Below are positions 30,663 through 40,207 of a DNA stretch of 64,000 nucleotides, piece after piece (the stretch's first letter is position 1; each line of letters starts with the position of its first letter). This DNA is from a virus: positions 1-64,000 of the IMG/VR virus record IMGVR_UViG_3300005573_000071, one strand, 5' to 3'. A program made the translations under genes and the position numbers. The notes below the pieces were generated by a model that saw nothing but the letters and a program-made list of their open reading frames with translations, was not told the origin of the DNA and did not search any database.

Positions 30663-31222
30663 TTTACTATAAGTATGTAGCAACTATGCCTGTGTATCAG
30701 AAAACGATGAATGCGTTTATTGAGAGCGTAAGCTCGAAATGGAGAGAGTTTGTTAGTCAGAAGATAGAGTTGCATGTCTCTCCTTTCTACAAATATAAAG
30801 GTATGTTAGTGTGGCAGCCTACATTTGATTTTGATGGTGATCTGAGTAAAGTAGATCTTATACGTTTTTGTGAAAGTGAGATCATAGATGCTTATAATTG
30901 GTATGTCGAAGAGACAAAGGATGGCTACCATTTGTATAGTTGTGCGGGTTATAGTGGTCTTCGATTACGAGATATAGGAAAGTTACGAGACTTACTCACG
31001 AGTAAGTATAAATCTTATACGTCTCTCGATATTCGATCGTCTATTCGTCATTTACCTATTCGGAGACTTGCACTTTTGCAAGTTCCTGTACCAATAAGGA
31101 GATTTGGAAGTAAGCCAGAAGATATAAAAGATGAACTTCATTTTGCAAGCGTGTTACAGAAGTTTGTAGTTCCTACAAAAATGTATGAGTTTGATCGTGA
31201 GATCTTCCGAACATTAAGATAG
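30605..31222 (+). CDS. Archaeo-eukaryotic primase (AEP/PrimPol)-like catalytic domain
   Basis: FDFDG (DxD), ETKDGYHLY (His motif), LD...IRRL (third acidic motif); GGAGGA RBS. Confidence 0.55.
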   Translation: MALTLSRSSSYVATPESLVVYYKYVATMPVYQKTMNAFIESVSSKWREFVSQKIELHVSPFYKYKGMLVWQPTFDFDGDLSKVDLIRFCESEIIDAYNWYVEETKDGYHLYSCAGYSGLRLRDIGKLRDLLTSKYKSYTSLDIRSSIRHLPIRRLALLQVPVPIRRFGSKPEDIKDELHFASVLQKFVVPTKMYEFDREIFRTLR

Positions 31223-31223
31223 T

Positions 31224-31928
31224 ATGTTAACAAGAACATTTTTGTTCAATTATATCAAGACGAGACTAGGTCATCCTTATCTAGGTATTGAGATATCGGA
31301 TGATATGCTATGGGATATTGTTGTTCATCATACAATTCCTACATTTTCTTCGTATGTACCTACAGTCGCTTTCAAGGAGTTAACAGCCGCAGATCGAGAT
31401 CCTCAGAATCCTACACTTTATTACTTGAATGATGAAGACGGTGTGATAACTGTAAAGGATGTTGTGCTGCCTATGTCGAGTGCATTCGTCGTAGGACATC
31501 CTTGGATATTCATTCCTAGTTTCGAAGATCTGCCAGATCAAATTATGGATATTATGAAAGCACGTACTGTAGAGAGATACTCACTCTTTAGACACCAATG
31601 GGAGTTTATACCGCCAAATAAACTATATATCTATCCTACAAGGTTAACAGGATTTACAGCAACATTCTACGTTAGATACGAGAAGAATCATCCTTCAGAT
31701 TTAAGTACGATACCCACAGACTTTATACGTGATTTTTGTGATCTTGCTCTTGCAGATATATATGACGTTATAGCAGATATGAGGTCAAAGTATGCGACAC
31801 TGAATACTCCGTTTGGCGAGATCACATTGAATGCGGATGCACTTTCAGCAAAAGCAACTGAACTAAGAGATAGAATAATAGAGAGACTACAGTCTCTACC
31901 TCCTAATACAATCGTAGAAGTCGTTTAG
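31224..31928 (+). CDS. Neck/head-tail connector protein (gp13-like)
   Basis: YIKTRLGHP..IEI.D N-terminus; RSKY...P.GEITLNAD C-terminus. Confidence 0.75.
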   Translation: MLTRTFLFNYIKTRLGHPYLGIEISDDMLWDIVVHHTIPTFSSYVPTVAFKELTAADRDPQNPTLYYLNDEDGVITVKDVVLPMSSAFVVGHPWIFIPSFEDLPDQIMDIMKARTVERYSLFRHQWEFIPPNKLYIYPTRLTGFTATFYVRYEKNHPSDLSTIPTDFIRDFCDLALADIYDVIADMRSKYATLNTPFGEITLNADALSAKATELRDRIIERLQSLPPNTIVEVV

Positions 31929-31942
31929 AAAGGAGAGGAATC

Positions 31943-32980
31943 GTGGGCGAAACTGTATTTTCAGATATTCTAGGTGAGAAGGTAGAAGAGATGGCTCAGG
32001 AATCTTCACTTCGGAGTCAGATTGTTCAAGTTTTTGGGAGACTATCGCAACAAGTTGAGCAGATATACAAAAATTGGAAGAGATATGCTATCGCGAGCGC
32101 AGTTGTGGGAGCAGCACTTTTTGCGTTCTACAAGTTTCTAAAGAGATATGAACTACGGGCAGCAACCCGAGTAGAGAAAGTGTTTAATTCTGTTGAGGAT
32201 AAGTATAAAGCGTTTGTTTTGCAATCCGTTCTTAGCGATCTTACGCGCAGACAATCTGCTACAAGAGAGTTCTTATACGCAGTTTTCGCCACTGGAAATG
32301 TAACTCCTAGTAACTACCAAGAAAAAGTAACGCAAACTGCTGCCGCTTACGGTTTAGCTACTAGTGATCCTAGATATCTTGCGGTTAGTGCATTGGGCTA
32401 TACTGCAGCGTTAAAGTTGTATAAGTTAGGTGATGAGATAAAAGAGCCATTTATTCGTAGTATACTTAGTCCAACGTTATCGAAGAAGATTCGTATGGTA
32501 TTGAAAGCTGCTTTTTGGTTGTTTATTGGTGTCGTCGTCTTCGTGTTAGTATTTCCTATTTTGCGTAAGTTAGTAGGGTCGATAGAAAACACACGTACAG
32601 AAGAGCAAACGTCTACTAGTCAGCAGATTACTATGGAACACACAATTTTGTTAGAAACTGCTGTCAGTAGCGGCAAAATTAAGAGTGTGTTCTCGAAGCT
32701 TTGGGATTGGATTAGTAGAAAGAAGAAGAAAGAAAATGAGTTGGTAGAGAGTATATGCAAGATGAAATGGAGTGCGTTTGTGTTGACAGCTGTAGGTATT
32801 GGAGCTCTTTTTATACTTATACGAAGTTATAAACGGTCATCATATCGTAATGTAAGGGAGTTCTTGTCTAACTTCTGGTCTAATGTAGTTCAGGTAGGCA
32901 AAGATAAAGGTGTGGTCGTTCTTCTTTCGGTTGGTATGCTTTCAAGTATCTTTTTCCTGAAGAGTATATATAAACGATGA
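31943..32980 (+). CDS. Multi-TM membrane protein, possibly virion-associated
   Basis: About 4-5 hydrophobic spans in two similar modules; AAGGAG RBS. Confidence 0.6.
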   Translation: MGETVFSDILGEKVEEMAQESSLRSQIVQVFGRLSQQVEQIYKNWKRYAIASAVVGAALFAFYKFLKRYELRAATRVEKVFNSVEDKYKAFVLQSVLSDLTRRQSATREFLYAVFATGNVTPSNYQEKVTQTAAAYGLATSDPRYLAVSALGYTAALKLYKLGDEIKEPFIRSILSPTLSKKIRMVLKAAFWLFIGVVVFVLVFPILRKLVGSIENTRTEEQTSTSQQITMEHTILLETAVSSGKIKSVFSKLWDWISRKKKKENELVESICKMKWSAFVLTAVGIGALFILIRSYKRSSYRNVREFLSNFWSNVVQVGKDKGVVVLLSVGMLSSIFFLKSIYKR

Positions 32981-33567
32981 ATATTATTGATGTATCCTAT
33001 GCAGAGATCCTACGGTTGCGCAGATCCTTGAATCTGCCTATCCGTTTTGAAGATATCGATGGACGTATATTTCTGTATCTGACGACATCTTGTAATACTT
33101 ATAGAGCTGAAGTTGTGACTGAAGAAGAGAAAGCTGATTTTGAGCAGAAGAAGCAATATATGAATTGCTCTATAGAAGTTGAGCCGTTTGTGTTAGTGAC
33201 TCCTAATCTGTTAACTACATACGAGTTCTCATTTAGCTCTCCCACATTTACGTGTGTAAATATAAAGGAGTGTTGGTTAGCATGTAGTCAGCTTTCTTCG
33301 CTTCCGCATGTAACTATTAGTACGCACAACGGACACGGTCATAAACAAGTAGTATTACCATCTAATTTTCTTGATTGCTTTTTTCTAGCAGAGCAGATTG
33401 AGAGCATAGATTTAGGCTTTAGTGTTGCTTTCAAGTTCAAGTTTGGCTTGCGGTATTCATTACACTCAAAGTGTTTTCTACACGTAACGGTAGATAAAAA
33501 TACGATAGAAGATACTACAGGCAATCTTGTAGTTGTTTTTAGAGGGGAGGCCACATGGGACTTTTAA
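32977..33567 (+). CDS. Hypothetical protein
   Basis: ATGA-coupled 196-aa ORF. Confidence 0.55.
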   Translation: MNIIDVSYAEILRLRRSLNLPIRFEDIDGRIFLYLTTSCNTYRAEVVTEEEKADFEQKKQYMNCSIEVEPFVLVTPNLLTTYEFSFSSPTFTCVNIKECWLACSQLSSLPHVTISTHNGHGHKQVVLPSNFLDCFFLAEQIESIDLGFSVAFKFKFGLRYSLHSKCFLHVTVDKNTIEDTTGNLVVVFRGEATWDF

Positions 33568-34097
33568 GAGGCATAGACTTTTCAGCGTGTAAGCATCGTT
33601 TTGTTGTACAATTACATGATGCCGAACGTGCTGGTAGACATTTCGATTTACGACTTGAGGCTTACGACAATGAGTCAAAGCAATGTGTACTCGTATCTTG
33701 GGCTACCCGAAAGTTAGATCAATTAATGTCAAGTAAAGTATCTCGTGTTGGACTATTCCGAACGGAAGATCATGAGCTAAAATGGTTGACTTTCAAAGGT
33801 GAGATTCGTGGAGGTTACGGGAAGGGTATAGTTAAGATACTAGATAAAGGTCAGTTTGAGGTTATAGAAGATAAACAGGATGTTTTAGCTGTGAAATTCT
33901 TGGGAGAAGTTTTGTCGGGTTCGTATGCGTTTGTGAAGCTATCGAACGAGAACTTTCTTCTTGTGAAGATGAAGTCTCAGAGTGAGTTTAATATGGCTGC
34001 AAGTATCTATCCGTATGCATGTTTGTTTTGTAGGAGACCACAACGATTACGTAGAATCAGAAGAGTAAGGAGGTTCAGAAATGAAGTCAATCCTTAG
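33555..34097 (+). CDS. Stand-alone LigD-type 3'-phosphoesterase (PE) domain
   Basis: RFVVQLH.A...HFDLRLE, LVSWA, TEDH, F.GEI.GGYG.G.V...DKG. Confidence 0.9.
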   Translation: MGLLRGIDFSACKHRFVVQLHDAERAGRHFDLRLEAYDNESKQCVLVSWATRKLDQLMSSKVSRVGLFRTEDHELKWLTFKGEIRGGYGKGIVKILDKGQFEVIEDKQDVLAVKFLGEVLSGSYAFVKLSNENFLLVKMKSQSEFNMAASIYPYACLFCRRPQRLRRIRRVRRFRNEVNP

Positions 34098-34353
34098 TAG
34101 GCTTAGTGTAGATTTACTTATCTTTTTAGTATTAGGTGTTGTTGCCATACTTGGTTTGTATCAAGAAATGCTACCTTCTCAAGAAGGAACACTACGTAGT
34201 ATTTTTCTTTATAGTTTAGCTACTCTGCATTGGTATGTTTCTAGAAGAGCGTTTATTGGTAAGATCGATTGGTTGTCAGAAGGAGATAAATGGAGAAAGA
34301 TACTCGCGTTTGTTATGCTTGCGGGTTCTTATCTTATCTACTCAAAAGCATAG
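34081..34353 (+). CDS. Holin (about three TM segments)
   Basis: 90 aa, hydrophobic spans, directly upstream of endolysin. Confidence 0.65.
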   Translation: MKSILSRLSVDLLIFLVLGVVAILGLYQEMLPSQEGTLRSIFLYSLATLHWYVSRRAFIGKIDWLSEGDKWRKILAFVMLAGSYLIYSKA

Positions 34354-34359
34354 AACAGT

Positions 34360-35007
34360 ATGAAGCTCATTTGCATTTTATTATTAGTAATGTGTATAGT
34401 ATCGGTAGGAGATACACGTGATTACTGTATCAATAATTATGGTGATTATGTAAAGAAGTATTCCACTAGATACTTTGGCGTAGACTTTCCTTATTGGTAT
34501 TCGATTGGAGTGCTAAAGACTGAAAGTAATTGTGTATGGATTCGAAGTAAGGATGGCCATAGGAGTATAGGTGTTGCACAAATAACTCCGAAGTGGTGGG
34601 ATGAAGAGTTGGTGAGAGCAGGATATGGTAAGTATGCAACCGATCCTGCGACTCATATAGGCGCATTCAAGTATATGTTGTTTCAGGTGTATACGCGTGT
34701 TATAGATACGTGTAGGACTCCAGAGAATACAAAAAAGCTATGGATTACTTATCAAGGACACAATCGTAGTATAGGTAAGTTGAATAGAGAGGTTCAGCAA
34801 GCGGGTGTTTGTTTGTACGATCTCTGGAGACTACTATGTAAAGAGAAAGATGTTTGTGTGTGGAGATTGCCAGATGGTTCTTGTAAACAGTGGAAAAATG
34901 GTTGCGACATAAATGGCAGTTATAGTCGTAAGGTTTACTACTACGGTAATCGGTATAAAAGATTTTTAGGTATCGATAGCTTCGAAACGAGGTACATATT
35001 TTGGTAG
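34360..35007 (+). CDS. Endolysin, lytic transglycosylase (SLT-like) with N-terminal signal/SAR
   Basis: Hydrophobic N-terminus, catalytic TES, GVAQIT motif; between holin and spanins. Confidence 0.8.
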   Translation: MKLICILLLVMCIVSVGDTRDYCINNYGDYVKKYSTRYFGVDFPYWYSIGVLKTESNCVWIRSKDGHRSIGVAQITPKWWDEELVRAGYGKYATDPATHIGAFKYMLFQVYTRVIDTCRTPENTKKLWITYQGHNRSIGKLNREVQQAGVCLYDLWRLLCKEKDVCVWRLPDGSCKQWKNGCDINGSYSRKVYYYGNRYKRFLGIDSFETRYIFW

Positions 35008-35010
35008 GAG

Positions 35011-35514
35011 GTGATGATGATGTTACCTAGTTTATCTAATCTAAAGATTGTAAGTATATTTGCAGTTCTACTTATAGTTCTTGGTTTAGGTGCTGGCCTA
35101 TTGTATTACAAGCAGAAGACGTATACGCTTACAGCTAATCTTGAGACTAAGAATATAGAGTTACAACGTGCAGCAGAACAGATTGCAGCTTTGAAGAGTC
35201 AGCAAGAGCATTTAGTGAAAAATGCGGGTGAGCTGAAAGCGTATTACGAAAAGATAGTTCAGAGAAAAGAAACAGAGATTAAGACACTTGTAAAACTTTG
35301 TATGAAAAAGGAGGGAGGTAATGTTAGTATTGAAAACAATACTAGCTCAGAAGCGGGTGATGGTAAAGGCGGTCAGCAAGTTAGTAGTGGTGATGAATTG
35401 CTTGATCTTCTGCGTAGCATGTTCAACGACTTCTCAGACACACGTAGCAATAGAACCAACTCCAGTAGTACTCCCATCAATACCAGAACGGCCGCAACTG
35501 AGTACCGATATTAA
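35011..35514 (+). CDS. Inner-membrane spanin (Rz-like)
   Basis: N-terminal TM plus coiled coil, after endolysin. Confidence 0.7.
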   Translation: MMMMLPSLSNLKIVSIFAVLLIVLGLGAGLLYYKQKTYTLTANLETKNIELQRAAEQIAALKSQQEHLVKNAGELKAYYEKIVQRKETEIKTLVKLCMKKEGGNVSIENNTSSEAGDGKGGQQVSSGDELLDLLRSMFNDFSDTRSNRTNSSSTPINTRTAATEYRY

Positions 35515-35680
35515 TTGGTTCAAAGATTCCGAAGGCAATTATTGTGTGACAGCAGAAGACGCACGCCGCTTATACCTAAACATTCGATTGTTAAGGAATT
35601 ACGCAGACGACTTAAACGATTTTGCTATTGCGGTTACAAGCATTTGTGGAGTAGAGAAAAATGGCGATTCCCACAAATAA
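35321..35680 (+). CDS. Outer-membrane spanin lipoprotein (Rz1-like), overlapping i-spanin
   Basis: GGGAGG RBS, lipobox-like CVAC-S, Pro-rich segment, +1 overlap. Confidence 0.7.
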   Translation: MLVLKTILAQKRVMVKAVSKLVVVMNCLIFCVACSTTSQTHVAIEPTPVVLPSIPERPQLSTDINWFKDSEGNYCVTAEDARRLYLNIRLLRNYADDLNDFAIAVTSICGVEKNGDSHK

Positions 35681-36050
35681 GATACGGGAGATCCAACGAC
35701 TGATTGCTGTACTTCGTACGAAACGAATCTCAAAGAGTGAAGCTGTATATATTCTCGATGAGTTGGAATACGCTTTTCGCTCAATTGCCGAACAAAGAGA
35801 AGTTAAGCCTACAACGAGTACTTTTCAGGAGCTTGCCGACCAACTTAACGGTCTTGTTGAGTCTCTTGTTTCTTTATCCAAGCAACCCGAGAATGAATCT
35901 GTCGTCACCAATATTGCAACTCAAGCAATAGTATTACTTGGGAAAAATAAGATGTCTCTTGTTGATACTACACGTGATAAACAATTGTTAGAGCAGTTGG
36001 AGAAAAGCGATAGAACGAAACGACTGTTGGCTAGATTCGCACGACGTTAA
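35661..36050 (+). CDS. Hypothetical helical protein
   Basis: 129-aa ORF overlapping the o-spanin end. Confidence 0.55.
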   Translation: MAIPTNKIREIQRLIAVLRTKRISKSEAVYILDELEYAFRSIAEQREVKPTTSTFQELADQLNGLVESLVSLSKQPENESVVTNIATQAIVLLGKNKMSLVDTTRDKQLLEQLEKSDRTKRLLARFARR

Positions 36051-36105
36051 CATAACAAACTACTATATAAAATATTTTTGTATACTTCTAGATTAGGAGG
36101 GAGGC

Positions 36106-39009
36106 GTGATAATATTATCAAGTTGGGAAGTATCTTCGTCTGAAATTCTTTTGCGAAAAGGTATCTTCCATCCTTTTGGTCTGTTCTCTGAGCAAATCTT
36201 CGGACCTAGAAAAGATTATAGATGTCAGTGCGGCAAGTTACAAGGCTTAGATTACCTTGGTAAGAGGTGTGATGAGTGTAACGTACTTGTCGCACCTTCA
36301 CTACTTCGTCGATATACGATGTCTCATATTCATCTGCCTTTCTCTATTATTCATCCTATGGCTATTATCTATCTGATGCCTCCCAGCAAGACTAATCTTT
36401 TACGGAATGTTGGAGACACTAAGACATATCAGATTTTGGAGGATTATATTCAATCAAATCCTTCTAAGTTTGCACAGTTCCAACGTTCGTTTCCGCTCTA
36501 CTTAGATAAGATACCTGTATTGCCACCTACACTACGTCCTGTTACTTTTACAGCGAGCAATAGAATAAAGGATTTAGATCGCTTGAACACTTACTATCTC
36601 AATATTCTTAACATTCTAGAAAAGTATATTGTGACGGATGACGAAGCGGTTGTTAATTTTACGAAACTCTCGATTCTGAAGGTTGCAGTTTCTTTGTATA
36701 AGTTGATTATACAGAAATTGACAAAGAAGGAAGGGTTGATACGTCAAAGTATACTTGGTAAGCGTAATGACTTCACAGGGCGTTCTGTTATAACTGTCGA
36801 TCCTACTTTGACGGCAGATACTGCGAAGATTCCTTACAGAATACTAGTATCGTTATTCCAGCTATATGTTGTGAATGAGTTAGCTCAAACTCGAGGAATG
36901 CTTACGGCTAGAGAAGCTGTAGATTCGTTTATACGAAATCCGCAGCTCTTATCTCTATCTGTCCGGGAAGAGATCAAAGAGATTGTTGACCGATTGTGCG
37001 CACAACACTTTATTCTTCTGAATAGACAGCCTACCTTACATCTATCTTCGATACGTGCATTCCGTCCTATAGGTACAGATGCTGACGCGATAGGCATACC
37101 TATGATTGTTACTCCGGGCTATAATGCGGATTTTGATGGTGACACAATGGCTGTGTACGCACCCCTTACAAAAGCAGCATTGATGGAAGCATCGTATATG
37201 ACGTTTGATCAGTATCCGTACGCACCTGGCTCACGTAGATTCAACGCTGTCACACAAGATATCGTTGTGGGATTGTGGTACGTTACAAAAGATGTTGTAA
37301 GTTCAAATGGTACAAGTGTTGTTGAAGTTACGAATGATGTCGTGTTAGAGGAATTACATCCGCATACATCTGTCTTTTGGAGAGGCAAAACAACGACTGC
37401 GGGAAGAGCATATATAGAGAGTTTATTGGATATTCCTATTAGTAAGCAACTATCGAAGTCTGCAATTTCGGAGTTACTTACAAATTGGATTGCGAAAGCA
37501 TCGTCTGACACAATTGTGCCTACACTATATAAACTACAACGATACGCATTGAAGTATGCCGCGTGTGTCACTATCTCGATTGACGATCTGATCGAAGGAG
37601 ATCTTACTTGGAAGCGTAAGTATGAACATGTTTCAAAGTGGTCTATACCTACAGTTAAAGCATTTAGTAGTGATGCGAAACACGCAGTAGAAACGTTATC
37701 ACTGAGTGAGAATATCGCTCCATTGTTACAATCGGGTGCTAGAGGTAAGCTGTCACAGTGGTCACAAGTTGTTGCGCTTAGAGGCCTTGTAAGAAATAGT
37801 TTAGGTAAGTTGATCTTGCCACCCATACTATCTTCTCTTGTTGAGGGTTATACGCCTTCTGAGATGATACGGTCTGCTGCAGGAAATAGAAAGGGCGCTG
37901 TCGATAAAGCATTAAATACTGCTGTATCAGGTTATCTAGCACGTAAACTAGTGTTCTCTCTACAACATCTTATGCTTGGAGATACAGACGATTGTGGTAC
38001 GAATATCTATCTTCCTTTCTTAGTAACTCCTCAGAATTACAAATCAATTATTGGGCGATATTTAGATGACGGAACTTATGTTACATATGAGAACGTCTCT
38101 TCGCTCATAGATCAAGAAGTAAGATTAAGATCTCCTATTGGGTGTAAGTCTGTTGATTTCTGCAAGAAGTGTTATCCGTATGATTGGGGGAGATCTAAGT
38201 TTGTAGGTATAATTAGTGCACAATGTATTTCCGAGGTTGCTACACAGTTAGTAATGCGTACGTTCCATTTAGGAGGTGCAGCTACAGATACTAAGTTTAT
38301 GAGTCTACCCGCGTGTGTTGATATTACAGATGACGATATTGTTGTAACAAACCAACCCGTAAGGATTGAGTTGCCTTCCAGTGTTCCTGTTGATCCTGCG
38401 GGATACGTGATCGAAGAGTTTGACGTCAAGCTACATACAGATACGGACATCTCTGTGATAACGATTTCGGAAGGCACACGATGGCTGCTAGACACAGACA
38501 AAGATATGTTACCTCCTCAAACTCCTCTCTTTGTTATCTCTGTTAAGACAACAGATCTAGCTACCGATCTTTCACACGTATCTAGACTTCTCAATAGCAC
38601 ATATATGACTACACTAGGTGACGCTCTGAACCAACTTACGAAGTTAGAAGAGACGTATGCTAGATATCAGCAGCTCTTATCTATTCATTTTGAAGTTTTG
38701 TGGAGTGAACGGTTGCGGGATGTAACTAGAACGGATCAAGCCCTACGCTTCTCTCTTACGGATTTTGCTGTAGACAAACAGGTAAGACTAGAGAGCGTAG
38801 CAAATCTACCACACCAACGTTTGTTATTGAGTTTGTGTTTTGAGAACTTTAGAAAATTCTTTACTTGTATGTTATCGTCGCAAGGTGGGAGTAAGATTTC
38901 TCCGCTGGAATATCTAATTCAGTCGAATCTAAGAGGACTTCAAGAGGATTTTGGGGCAGATGTAGTTGAAGAAAGTAAAGTAAGTATGTCACGAGAGGCA
39001 AGTGTATGA
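36106..39009 (+). CDS. rpoC: Multisubunit RNA polymerase beta' subunit, copy 2 (putative non-virion RNAP)
   Basis: GLFSEQIFGP..DYRCQCGK...CDECNV Zn finger, LGKRNDFTGRSVI, NRQPTLH, YNADFDGD, SGYLARKL, TQLVMRTFH.GG. Confidence 0.95.
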   Translation: MIILSSWEVSSSEILLRKGIFHPFGLFSEQIFGPRKDYRCQCGKLQGLDYLGKRCDECNVLVAPSLLRRYTMSHIHLPFSIIHPMAIIYLMPPSKTNLLRNVGDTKTYQILEDYIQSNPSKFAQFQRSFPLYLDKIPVLPPTLRPVTFTASNRIKDLDRLNTYYLNILNILEKYIVTDDEAVVNFTKLSILKVAVSLYKLIIQKLTKKEGLIRQSILGKRNDFTGRSVITVDPTLTADTAKIPYRILVSLFQLYVVNELAQTRGMLTAREAVDSFIRNPQLLSLSVREEIKEIVDRLCAQHFILLNRQPTLHLSSIRAFRPIGTDADAIGIPMIVTPGYNADFDGDTMAVYAPLTKAALMEASYMTFDQYPYAPGSRRFNAVTQDIVVGLWYVTKDVVSSNGTSVVEVTNDVVLEELHPHTSVFWRGKTTTAGRAYIESLLDIPISKQLSKSAISELLTNWIAKASSDTIVPTLYKLQRYALKYAACVTISIDDLIEGDLTWKRKYEHVSKWSIPTVKAFSSDAKHAVETLSLSENIAPLLQSGARGKLSQWSQVVALRGLVRNSLGKLILPPILSSLVEGYTPSEMIRSAAGNRKGAVDKALNTAVSGYLARKLVFSLQHLMLGDTDDCGTNIYLPFLVTPQNYKSIIGRYLDDGTYVTYENVSSLIDQEVRLRSPIGCKSVDFCKKCYPYDWGRSKFVGIISAQCISEVATQLVMRTFHLGGAATDTKFMSLPACVDITDDDIVVTNQPVRIELPSSVPVDPAGYVIEEFDVKLHTDTDISVITISEGTRWLLDTDKDMLPPQTPLFVISVKTTDLATDLSHVSRLLNSTYMTTLGDALNQLTKLEETYARYQQLLSIHFEVLWSERLRDVTRTDQALRFSLTDFAVDKQVRLESVANLPHQRLLLSLCFENFRKFFTCMLSSQGGSKISPLEYLIQSNLRGLQEDFGADVVEESKVSMSREASV

Positions 39010-40193
39010 ATGTATTAGAATGGCGAAAAGATGAAGTATCGGTTTGTTTAAGCTCTTTCTTACCACGTATTCTGGAGTGGTTTGCAGATAGTTGTAAGGA
39101 TAAGTTGAAGACGTGGAAGTTGCGTCCAATTTCTGTACAGCATTCTACATACGGATTTCATTTTACTAATGTAGTACTTGTTGTGTGCGAAACTGAGAAC
39201 TCTCAACAATTCTCGTTTAAGTTACCTATACCTAATGAGGATGATGTTTTCATTGTTAATGATATAGCATGGATATTAGTGAATGAGTTAACCGATCAGT
39301 TAGTATCCTATCGTTATATTCCTGAGGATAAATTGTTGATCAGATGGCAGGGTTCATTGTTTGCGGTTGTCGGAGATGAAAATGGTATACTGAGGATTAA
39401 AGACGAGAAAGTTCCTTTTTGGGTTCTACTCTACAATATCTTTACGAAAGATGAGCTCATTCAGAACGGACTGTATTTTGAGTTTGTGGATACTGAAAAG
39501 GTTGATTCGAAGTTCGCACGTTCTTTAGTATCTCAACCAAATTTGAGTGTGAAGTTGCCTACCCGCTACGAGTTTCTTACACCAATTCAACAGTTAGTGG
39601 TAAACTCGATGGTTCGGACACCTATTAAAGCGAAAGCGAAACTAAAGCAAGTTCCTAAACTGAATACAGACGTAGTTGAGTTTATTGAGCGGGAGTTGTT
39701 GGATCCTATTACGAGAGAGATTTACAATGTACGGACTGTGAAAGATCTACTTTATTTTACTATAAATGTGACGGAAGGAAAGCCGAAGACGACATTAACA
39801 GGTAGTAACTTGTACTTCAAGCGTGTAAGATCTTATGAGACGATAATGATAGCTCTTTATGAGAAATTGAGGGAGAACCAACAACAGCAGAAATATCAAA
39901 AGAAAGTCAAGATTGCTTCCGACTTTCTTTTGAAACGGCTCTTCACTTCACCTCAACTTCAACGTCTCTTTGAGTACTTTGACCAAACGAATATGTTTAA
40001 GGAGATATCTCTACGATATAAGGTTGTTGTTCCTCTTGAGTACATTCCATACGATATGCGAGATGTACACTATACTATGAGTAGTAACGTTTGTGTATAT
40101 GATACTCCTGACGATGAGGGAATTGGTGCTAAGTTACAGTTTGCTGTTGATTGTGAGTTACAGCGTAATGGTATTTTTGTATTGAAGAATTAG
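39006..40193 (+). CDS. rpoB: RNA polymerase beta subunit copy 2, N-terminal fragment
   Basis: L..KRVR, MRDVHY...VCVYDTP..IG; coupled to beta'. Confidence 0.8.
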   Translation: MNVLEWRKDEVSVCLSSFLPRILEWFADSCKDKLKTWKLRPISVQHSTYGFHFTNVVLVVCETENSQQFSFKLPIPNEDDVFIVNDIAWILVNELTDQLVSYRYIPEDKLLIRWQGSLFAVVGDENGILRIKDEKVPFWVLLYNIFTKDELIQNGLYFEFVDTEKVDSKFARSLVSQPNLSVKLPTRYEFLTPIQQLVVNSMVRTPIKAKAKLKQVPKLNTDVVEFIERELLDPITREIYNVRTVKDLLYFTINVTEGKPKTTLTGSNLYFKRVRSYETIMIALYEKLRENQQQQKYQKKVKIASDFLLKRLFTSPQLQRLFEYFDQTNMFKEISLRYKVVVPLEYIPYDMRDVHYTMSSNVCVYDTPDDEGIGAKLQFAVDCELQRNGIFVLKN

Positions 40194-40207
40194 AGGGAGG
40201 TGAAGGT

